Of a stretch of DNA of 64,000 nucleotides, positions 25,227 to 33,710 are shown piece by piece. The DNA comes from Lepidodermella squamata (Eukaryota; Animalia; Gastrotricha), in contig JBLDXI010000020.1 of the NCBI GenBank assembly GCA_047495785.1, positions 1,054,001 to 1,118,000 on the forward strand, in the 5' to 3' direction. Positions within the stretch are counted from its first letter, which is position 1; every line of letters starts with the position of its first letter. Below the pieces are notes generated by a model, which had not been told where the DNA came from, did not search any database, and saw nothing but the letters and a program-made list of their open reading frames with translations. The position numbers were made by a program, and so were the translations under genes.

Positions 25227-26819
25227 ATGATGGAAGCTGAGGAAAAAGCTTTGCAAACGGCTGCTTACGACGAAAGCCCCGGCGACGAATTCGCTGGGGA
25301 CAATACGTCAGATGAAGGGACTAAAGCAGCCGTAACTACTGGCCCGAAAACTCGATTCATGATCATTTACTACTACATCAAGCTCATCTTCAGCGCTGAA
25401 TGGATGCTTTTCCTATCTGTAACGGCCTATTCGATATTTTCGCCTGCCCAGCAAAAGTTTATCTACGACAAAATTTGCCTATACAAATTCAATGATGAAC
25501 AGCTGTGTTCGATGATCGACAAATCGCCGGAATTAGCCGTTCAAGAAGCGGCTGTTCAAGCTGATTTTACGAATTTTTCATCTCTATCAAATTTCATTTC
25601 ATCTATACCGGCTCTTTTCGTTCTAATGATCATGGGAACTTGGTGTGATCGTTTTTCATATCGGCTACCACTGGCGATCCCGCAAATTGGATCGATGGCT
25701 GTAACAATTTGTTACATTATTTTCGCCTATCTACCGAACGATTTCCTCGACCCGGTCTACTACGGAGCTTTCTCACTTTTATCTGGTCTATCAGGTTCTT
25801 ACAGTACTATGATGGTCGCATGTGCCGCTTATGTCAGTCGAATTTCCGACAGCCACAGCAGGACGATTCGATTAGCCGCTATCGAAGCCGCAATCACCGT
25901 GGGCAGTACCATCGGAAGTCTGATAAGCGCCTATATTTTAAACAGAACCAGTCCGTTATTCGCTTTTGTCCTTCAAATCGCTCTGAATCTCTACTCAGTT
26001 GTCTTCATTTTCACTATGGTGCGAGAGTTACATAAATATCGAGACGTCAAGGCTAAGGTGATGAAGGAAGCTGGTGGCAGTTGGTTGAAATTCATTTTCA
26101 AGCCCCGGCGAGATGCTATTGACGGCTTCTTAATATTCTTCGGCCGATCAGAGAAATACGCTGATGTTCGCAAGTATCTGAACACCCTACTTGTGCTATT
26201 TTTGATACCTTCAACATGCGCCAGTGGTATTCTAGGACCCATTTTCGCCTATCTAGCTCTTCAGCCGATATCAATGACCCCAAGTGCTTTTGCTATTATG
26301 AATGCGGTACAGGGGGCTGCGGCTTCTTTCAGCCTATTCGTGATAATGCGAATTTTAAGGCGGAGCTTCAACATTTCAGACGCTGGTTTGTACATTATCG
26401 GCATGAATTCGCGAATAATCAGTCTCGTCGCCCTTGGTTTGGGTGGATTTTACCCAGTGTACGTACCCTGGGTCTACAGTGGGCTGTCGATGTTCCTCTA
26501 CTACCCGTACATAACCTGTCGCTCTGGTTTGTCCAAGTTGATTGAAGAAAACGAGCATGGCCGAATGTTTTCCTTACTCACCGTTTTCGACAATTTGCTG
26601 TCTATGGTTGCGACGATTGGTTACAATGCTGTGTATTCAGCCCTAGTCTCTTCGCAGTACCAGTCGAAGTCGCTCAATTACGTCATGCATGGTTATACGT
26701 TCTTTTTTGGAGCGGCGCAATGTTCAACTGCACTGATCCTTGTCATGTGGCTCGCACGGCAAGGAATAAAAGGCTGGAGCTTTCATTCGTCCATAAAAAA
26801 CAACGACGCCAATAAATAA
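25227..26819 (+). CDS. SLC46-like MFS transporter, tandem copy 2, intronless
   Basis: 530 aa, collinear with and highly similar to 23383-24924 (PAQQKFIYDKICLYKFND, IMGTWCDRFSYR, CRSGLSKLI). Confidence 0.85.
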   Translation: MMEAEEKALQTAAYDESPGDEFAGDNTSDEGTKAAVTTGPKTRFMIIYYYIKLIFSAEWMLFLSVTAYSIFSPAQQKFIYDKICLYKFNDEQLCSMIDKSPELAVQEAAVQADFTNFSSLSNFISSIPALFVLMIMGTWCDRFSYRLPLAIPQIGSMAVTICYIIFAYLPNDFLDPVYYGAFSLLSGLSGSYSTMMVACAAYVSRISDSHSRTIRLAAIEAAITVGSTIGSLISAYILNRTSPLFAFVLQIALNLYSVVFIFTMVRELHKYRDVKAKVMKEAGGSWLKFIFKPRRDAIDGFLIFFGRSEKYADVRKYLNTLLVLFLIPSTCASGILGPIFAYLALQPISMTPSAFAIMNAVQGAAASFSLFVIMRILRRSFNISDAGLYIIGMNSRIISLVALGLGGFYPVYVPWVYSGLSMFLYYPYITCRSGLSKLIEENEHGRMFSLLTVFDNLLSMVATIGYNAVYSALVSSQYQSKSLNYVMHGYTFFFGAAQCSTALILVMWLARQGIKGWSFHSSIKNNDANK

Positions 26820-27795
26820 ACTCAGTAATATATTAAAAATTATTATAGCCAGATTCAATTTTCAAAATATGAATAAAGATGAGATTTATGGTCCGGCTTC
26901 CCAAAGGTGTAAAATAGACGATAGAGTGGTCAATCATGTTGTCAAATTTGTTCGTCTAAAATTGGCCGTAAAGGAACCTTCTGGTTCATGGGCATTTGAC
27001 TCAGATCGGGCCACAATCAAACAGGCGCCTACAGCCTACAGCGTCACTCATGATGGAAGATCACGGACGGACCAGGCATCGGATTCATCATGTATGTGTC
27101 GAAGTCCGAAGTGGGACCCTCTTAGCCACCCGCCGTCTCCACCTGGGCCAGAACCCGCCACTTTGGGATCCCAGAGTTGTTTCCAGTCGCAGTTCGGAAT
27201 CGTTTGGAGTAGAACAGTTGTTTCGATTGTTGTCTTAGGCGGTAGATTCTGCTTAACGCGTTTTTCAACGATCGGATCGGTTTCGGTTGACTGATTCCGT
27301 TTGATAATTGATTTAATCGGCTTTGTTTGAAATGAATTATCGCAGCAGTTGGTCTGTTCATGGATGAGGAAGAGGGATGAGGAAATCCACCCATTACATT
27401 TTTTTTATAAGATAAAAAAATTCCAAAGCATCTCGCAGCTATCGGAAATGAGTCCTCGCGTCCTCCCTCCTCATCCTCATCCTCCTCCTCCAATTTCAAA
27501 TTTTCTATTTTCAGTCGCTTTTCAATTCGAGAAACATGGTTTTGTCGTAAATAAACGTCATTACGGTATCGGTCAAAGTTGGAAAGATTGAAATTGCTCT
27601 TCTGCGCACTCTCAACTTAGCCGCCGTAGGGATATATGACATACGCATCACTATAGTCGACGTCAATTATTATAATTAATACACAAGCACATTCGATAAA
27701 TGACGAGCATGGCTGCCTACACCGTGGCAATCGATTGTCCATTTTAGCCAAGAAAATTCACTTGCACGTACGCCTCAAGCTTCAATATAGAGAGA

Positions 27796-30189
27796 ATGCA
27801 GTTCCTCAACCTTCTGCCGATTTTCGCTGCTGTTTCAGCTACTTCTCTGAATGTAACGGAGCCGGTCACTTTGAGATTACAACTCATGTATGCTATAACC
27901 GGCGCGTTTGTCAAATTCGAGGACACGCCGGCAACGGCCCAACTGGTCGCGAGCTTGATCAACAATCGATCAGACATTTTACCTGGCTACCGGCTGGAAA
28001 TGGCATTCGGCGATGAGTCGGCCTCTTCTAGCAAAGCTGTTTCAGCTGCGATTGCTTTTGCATATGAGATGGAGCCTAATAACTCCTCAATAATTCCGTC
28101 TCCGATAATTATTGGCGGTGGAGCTTCGGCGGCTTGTAAAGCTCTAGGCGCCTCCCTGCCTTATTTCGACTACATCGCGTTATCAACGGGTTGTATAGCG
28201 GATGTTTCGACGGGTAGGAATCGGTACCCTAACCTGTTTCTATCAGCCGGTGTTTCATCTTCGAAAAACTACGGCATTCTTAGATTTTTCCGGGAAATCG
28301 GTAAATGGAAACGTTTTGCTATTCTAGTTTTCGCCCAGTCAGCGAATGAAGCTTTCATGGAAGCGAACCATCTTTACAACTCAGCCATTGAACTTAAAAT
28401 GGAGGTTCCGTGGTTCAATGCAGTGATGAACTTCGATTCTGAAGCAGCAATTTCTTTAAAAAGTAGCGGCATTCGCATAGTTTACGTTGCCGCCGTTAGC
28501 AGAAGCTTTGCAGTCATGTTTTTCTGTCAGACCTACCTGGCTGGGATGACGGGGGAAAGATTCGTTTTCGTAACAGGAGACAACGTATTCTTAGATCTGC
28601 CGACAATACCTGAAAATTCCTTACCCTTTGGGTGTACTAAGGCTATGATATACTCGCAATTCAAATCAACGTTTTGGATCGGAATCCTCGACGGATCGCA
28701 AACTCCGGATGCAAAATCATTCCTTGGCTATAATCAAGTTGAATTCGACCATTTACTTTTCGATTTTAAAAATTCAACCAAGAAAGGCCCAGATTTCGAT
28801 TACAGGTACTTGGTTCATGACGTGGTTCTGATAGCTGCCCTGACCCTCAACTCGGCCGATCAAATTTTATCCAGCAGGAACATGTCTTTAAAAGATTTCA
28901 AAACCCGGTCAAATTCTGTCATGGCAGCGACCCGATCTGCTTTTAGAAAAATTGATTTCGCTGGTTTAAGGAATTCTAGGATCAGGTACGACGAAAATGG
29001 ATCTTTCTACGGAATGCTCATCTACATCAACTACTGGCAGCCAATCGGTGGCTTTAACAAGGTAATGGCAATTGAAATGGCTGAAAACAGTTCAAATTCG
29101 CAAATTTACGACAGCTATCTAATCAGGCTATTAGTTGATAAAATTCCGTGGCTCAACGCCGATGGGAAACCTCCGATCGATGGCGCCTTTCGAGTTAAAA
29201 TTGTCCACGGCCATATTTTCGACTCTCGAATTTCATTCGGGCTGATTAGTCTTACTCTTACGATTATTCAAATTTTGGGCCTGATTGCGACCTGTTTCGT
29301 CCGCTCGAGCAGTCAGAAATTCGCGATGACTCATCCGCACATAAAATGTCTGGGCATTTTCGGGTGTTTATTCTTGAATTTAGGATCTTTCCTATGTGTA
29401 ACAATCAGCGAAACCTATCCAGCTGTTATACTGGGAAGTTTCATATCAGGTTTGACTTTGATTTCATGGGCGACTACGATCAGAATTTCCATCGCTAAAT
29501 TGGTTATTCCGTCCGAAATTCGCGGCTACAGCTCGAGAATTTCTCATTATTTGTTCCGCAGTGTGAAACGAAGCAAGAAAAGGAACGAAGACGCCGAAGG
29601 AAGGGCAGGGCGAAGCGTCGAGGCGGAATTAGAAATTTGTTTGGACATTCTCACCAGTCAAATAAAACACGACATTATCCTAGCTGGTCGAGACAGCTTC
29701 GTACTAATGTCAATTTTCGTAATAGGTCACATCGCCGTCCTAATTGCGTGGTTGATCAAAGTTCCATTTGATTGCATCTCAGAGCCCTACTCGCCTGATG
29801 AATATCTCGAGCAAACAGACACGTGGCTGGAACACGTCGTCATAGAGTGCATGTCTTACGATCATGTCGTATGGACTGTTTCGCTTCTCGTCTTTCATGC
29901 CACTCTTCACGTTATTGTCGGATTTTCGGTCGTTCTATTCCGGCTGTCACGCCGATACCGTCTTTGCCCAGAGTTCAACCACAATGCTTGCCTGATACTT
30001 AATGCTATGGCAACCTATTTGATAGCTCTATTTTCGCTGCTTATCTTGAAAAATCCGTTGATGCGGCTTCAGGTTGTGGCCGCTCTCGGCCTACTTTTTT
30101 CAGCCTTATCAAGTGCTGCTTGGATTCAGCCGACCATCTCTTTGATTCGGAAACACAGAAATCAGGCCGCAATCGTGGATTACTCTTGA
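27796..30189 (+). CDS. Intronless GABA-B-like class C GPCR, paralog 4 (most divergent)
   Basis: Signal peptide; INNRSDILPGYRL, RNRYPNLF, FFCQTYLAGMTGERFVF, W..GKPPIDG, 7 TM segments. Confidence 0.88.
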   Translation: MQFLNLLPIFAAVSATSLNVTEPVTLRLQLMYAITGAFVKFEDTPATAQLVASLINNRSDILPGYRLEMAFGDESASSSKAVSAAIAFAYEMEPNNSSIIPSPIIIGGGASAACKALGASLPYFDYIALSTGCIADVSTGRNRYPNLFLSAGVSSSKNYGILRFFREIGKWKRFAILVFAQSANEAFMEANHLYNSAIELKMEVPWFNAVMNFDSEAAISLKSSGIRIVYVAAVSRSFAVMFFCQTYLAGMTGERFVFVTGDNVFLDLPTIPENSLPFGCTKAMIYSQFKSTFWIGILDGSQTPDAKSFLGYNQVEFDHLLFDFKNSTKKGPDFDYRYLVHDVVLIAALTLNSADQILSSRNMSLKDFKTRSNSVMAATRSAFRKIDFAGLRNSRIRYDENGSFYGMLIYINYWQPIGGFNKVMAIEMAENSSNSQIYDSYLIRLLVDKIPWLNADGKPPIDGAFRVKIVHGHIFDSRISFGLISLTLTIIQILGLIATCFVRSSSQKFAMTHPHIKCLGIFGCLFLNLGSFLCVTISETYPAVILGSFISGLTLISWATTIRISIAKLVIPSEIRGYSSRISHYLFRSVKRSKKRNEDAEGRAGRSVEAELEICLDILTSQIKHDIILAGRDSFVLMSIFVIGHIAVLIAWLIKVPFDCISEPYSPDEYLEQTDTWLEHVVIECMSYDHVVWTVSLLVFHATLHVIVGFSVVLFRLSRRYRLCPEFNHNACLILNAMATYLIALFSLLILKNPLMRLQVVAALGLLFSALSSAAWIQPTISLIRKHRNQAAIVDYS

Positions 30190-30840
30190 AATCCAAGTTA
30201 ACTTCAGGAATGACCCACGAGCTTGGAGCGATCTTGAAATTTCAGGAAATGTAATTGCTGATTCAGCCAAGAATTCGGTATCAGGTTGTTGCTCAATGAG
30301 GCATTATGCGATTTTTGTCAAAAAGCCAATTTCAAGCTACGGAAGTCGGCAATACCTCGCTGAAATTAGGGTAGATTTTCTACAATATGATTGAATTTTG
30401 GAGATTTATTCCTGATCTTTGGCGATCGAAAACATTTAGCGGGATTAAAATTTGACAATTGGCGGGTAACTTTGGACGCTCATTTACGTTCGGAATTTCA
30501 TTTTGAGTTTTCAGTGTTTATTGACTTAATTTCGGAAACAAAAATTGACAAGGGGCGTATCATCTGTTTTTCGAATAAATTTAGAACAATACATTTTGCG
30601 CAGCCGCAGTTTTTCAAAATCAAAAATTTGCCTTAACTTCAGGTGAGTTCCTTGCAAAAACCAATCTTTTATTCTTCTGCTTTCATTATACTCCTGTTTT
30701 GCAGGTCAAAGGTCACACGTGCACACGTGATCAAAACGTGTGATCAAAACACTAAACTTTTAGGTTGTTGCTAGTGTGGTAGTTTCGTCGTTTCGTCATT
30801 TCGTCATTTCGTCACCATGAAAAAAAAATATAAAAAAAAT

Positions 30841-30910
30841 GTTGTGAGCTGGAGTCGAACTATCGACCTCTGGTTTCCTGAGCTATAGCTTGTACCACTA
30901 AACCACACAG
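30841..30910 (-). ncRNA. Degenerate tRNA-like sequence (A box + B box + oligo-T), left arm of the foldback element
   Basis: Minus strand: TGGTTTAGTGG (A box) ... ACCAG AGGTC GATAG TTCGACT CCAGC (B box/T arm), followed by T-runs. Stems are imperfect, so probably not a functional tRNA. Confidence 0.6.
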
Positions 30911-31000
30911 GAGACACATGGGATCCGTCTTAGAATCAATTGATATAGGCCACAGTTAAAGCATACTTCAACAAGATAGATGCACACGATTTTAAGACAA

Positions 31001-31080
31001 CTTGCTTGCTTAGTGGTTCCAGCACTAGCACTCGAAACCAGAGGTTGATAGTTCGACTCCAGCTCATATCATTTTTTTTA
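31001..31080 (+). ncRNA. Degenerate tRNA-like sequence (A box + B box + oligo-T), right arm of the foldback element
   Basis: TGCTTAGTGG (A box), D-stem GCT/AGC, loop with TCG at the anticodon position, AGGTT, GTTCGACTCC at 31051-31060, then T8. Confidence 0.6.
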
Positions 31081-31830
31081 TTTTTTCTAAGTTTTTTCGG
31101 TCTTTTGAAAGTTTTTCAAAGTGACGAATTGACGAAATGACGAAATGACGAAACCACCACCAACTTAACAACAAGCAACAACTTAAACGTTTAGTGTTTT
31201 GATCACACATTTTGATCACGTGTGCACGTGTGACCTTTGACCTGCATAACAGGAGTATAATGTTCTTCCGATAACTGAGAGAGACTGAGAGACCCTATGG
31301 GAATATCCAATGCCAATTTCCGTCCCAAAATTTTCTTTTGTTCGGGAAATTGAAAGGAGGTCCCAAATCGTCCCAAATAAATTGCGCTATAATATTTCTC
31401 AAAAATCAATTATTGATCCAAATTGGAACTTAAACCATTCGAAAGCTCAACAGACGGGCAATTTTATAAAACAAATCGTGTGTTTTTTCATTTGGTGTTA
31501 CAAAGCCATCATCCACCTGAAAGCCGAAGTGTCCTAAGTTAACCTGTCCAAATGTCTCTGCGTTCCGGTGTTCATTGATCAAATCAGACAACTAGTTGTA
31601 AATTCCGCCAGAGGTGGGGTGAGATTGGATGAGATTGATATGTAAGGTGCGAAGCTGAAGCAGATGTTCATCGTTGCCAGGCGTGAAGCATGTCGTGTCA
31701 GAAAACTATCAGGATGTTAACATCTGTGCTAGGGAAAGGTATACAGCCAGATTGTTGTGTCCAATTTTAAATAAATTTTTCACTTCATTTTCAAGACTTC
31801 TGATCTGATGACACTTTGAGTGGTCAAACC

Positions 31831-33018
31831 ATGCGATTTTTGTTGAGTTTTGTTTTATTTACCGCTCACGTTGTAGCGTTAATTGTTGCGTCTCGATCTC
31901 CTACTACTACTTCAACCTCATGCAGTCCTGCCGTTGTTTCAAGTTCACTATGGATGACCTGTGCTCCGCCTGAAATTCGCCGCCGGCCTATTTTATCGCT
32001 AGCTATACCGGGCTCTCATGATTCATTCGCGTACTGGCTCGACGACAACCCGAACCTTGAGTTAGCTCCGGATATTTCCAGCTGGCAGATTCATCTCCTT
32101 TCAATCTGGTCGTTGTTCTGGGGCCGCCAGGAACTCAGATCGATGCTGCGAGGCTGGTCTCTCACCCAAACCATGGACATAACCAGCCAACTACGCCACG
32201 GCATTCGATATTTCGACATTCGTGTCGCCTACGACCCAACTAGTGATCAGCTGAGATTTGTCCACTTGCTGTGGGGCCTACCGGTGTACCCAGAGTTGGA
32301 GAAACTAAACGCATTCCTAATAGCTAACCCACGCGAAATTGTTCTGCTTGACTTCAACCATTTGTACGACATGGAACCCGAACAACACGTCCAGTTTGCC
32401 AAGTATTTAGTCAAGCTCTTCGGGCCGAACAGGCTGGTTTCTTTTCGACGCTGGGGCAGATTAAGCTGGCTCACATTGGCTAGATTACAGCAATACAACC
32501 AGCAAGTTATAGTAATCTATCACGACCCGGAAGGTGTTCATGCTTCGGGCAGCAAATTTTGGCCGCAAGGAGCTGCGCATAGCCCGTGGCCTGATACAGA
32601 TCAGCTTGGAAATTTGATGGGTTTTCTCGACAAGGTAGGAGAAAATTTCGAAAAAATCCTCCTTAAAAATCCCAATTTTTTTCAGCAATATCAAAACCGC
32701 ACCGAGCCGTTTCACAATTTCTTTGTCTATCAAGGCGTTTTAACTCCAAGCGCGTCACTCGTGGCTGGAAAATCCGGCCGTGGAAGCCTTCGCTCTGATG
32801 TCGCCGAACTTGCAACGCCAGCTTTCACGACGTGGATTCGCGTCAACCTCGGCGGCGATGTTGCGTCGCTGCCTCAAGTTGTCCGGCGTCGAAAAAAGTC
32901 GAACTTCTCGCTGCGGCGCGATGCCAGCCACGATAAGTTGGCTATTTGCATAGCTGATTTTGTTGAAATAGCAAATTTTACGCAAACTGTTATTCAAATG
33001 AATTATGCGTTTCGGTGA
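31831..33018 (+). CDS. PI-PLC X-domain-containing protein (PLCXD-like) with N-terminal signal/anchor; probable 51-nt in-frame intron 32635-32685
   Basis: LAIPGSHDS, WSLTQ...I.SQL..GIRYFDIRV, RFVH, EIVLLDFNH, C-terminal ICIADFV. Confidence 0.9.
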   Translation: MRFLLSFVLFTAHVVALIVASRSPTTTSTSCSPAVVSSSLWMTCAPPEIRRRPILSLAIPGSHDSFAYWLDDNPNLELAPDISSWQIHLLSIWSLFWGRQELRSMLRGWSLTQTMDITSQLRHGIRYFDIRVAYDPTSDQLRFVHLLWGLPVYPELEKLNAFLIANPREIVLLDFNHLYDMEPEQHVQFAKYLVKLFGPNRLVSFRRWGRLSWLTLARLQQYNQQVIVIYHDPEGVHASGSKFWPQGAAHSPWPDTDQLGNLMGFLDKVGENFEKILLKNPNFFQQYQNRTEPFHNFFVYQGVLTPSASLVAGKSGRGSLRSDVAELATPAFTTWIRVNLGGDVASLPQVVRRRKKSNFSLRRDASHDKLAICIADFVEIANFTQTVIQMNYAFR

Positions 33019-33710
33019 GCAATAAAGTCGAGATAAATTTCATCGTCGCATCCGATCAAGTTTTATTCACGGTTTAAGAAATTTCATAATAGGTATATAT
33101 AACTGGTTGAATTTTCGCTATAATATTTAGTGAGGACGCCGTCGTGTCTTGAACAGTTGTTAAAATCGTCAGTTAAAAAGAAAAAATATTTGTTTGAATA
33201 TAATGCACGTCGAAAACAGTTTGAAGTAGTATGACAGGACAATATAAAAATCCGCTAATATTTTAACAAAATAAATACGAAAAAATTACAGTTATTTGTT
33301 TTACTGTCGATTGGCCGCGTTTCGAATTTGAGCGGCTGCTAATATTATAATAGAGATACTCACATGCAAGTTTTTGTCATGCAAGGTGATGTTGTCAAAG
33401 GATAAGGTGAGGTTTTTTGTTCTTTTACGCGTGAAAGTTACAACTGGCTTATTTTCATAATATATGTCAGCAATTTTTATCACATTTTCAGCCATAATTC
33501 AAACAGTTTACAAGCCGATACGATTTACAATAAAATCAAGAATAAATCGTTGATCATAGAAGGTAAAATTTTATTAATTTTTTTGAGATACAGGCATCGA
33601 ATTTTAGCATTTTTCAAGAGACTGGCAGCTTTGAAGATAAATCAAGGGCTTTGACTAAAGTTCCTATATTTCAGCCGTGGCAGTTATGATCGCAATTTCG
33701 AGAACGAAAC

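Larger units (their letters stand above)
30684..31262. mobile_element. Foldback/MITE element with long imperfect TIRs, each containing a tRNA-derived Pol III-like unit
   Basis: CATTATACTCCTGTTTTGCAGGTCAAAGGTCACACGTGCACACGTGATCAAAA... mirrors ...TTTTGATCACGTGTGCACGTGTGACCTTTGACCTGCATAACAGGAGTATAATG. (TTTCGTCA)n arrays are present in both arms. Ends are compatible with a TA target duplication. Confidence 0.85.

Noticed and set aside
26869-27591. ORFs of 80-141 aa between SLC46 and GPCR
   Set aside because: No recognisable motif or splice-linked structure; includes a CCT-type simple repeat.
30841-31080. Bona fide tRNA genes
   Set aside because: Acceptor, anticodon and T stems are mismatched, and both units lie within a TIR element.
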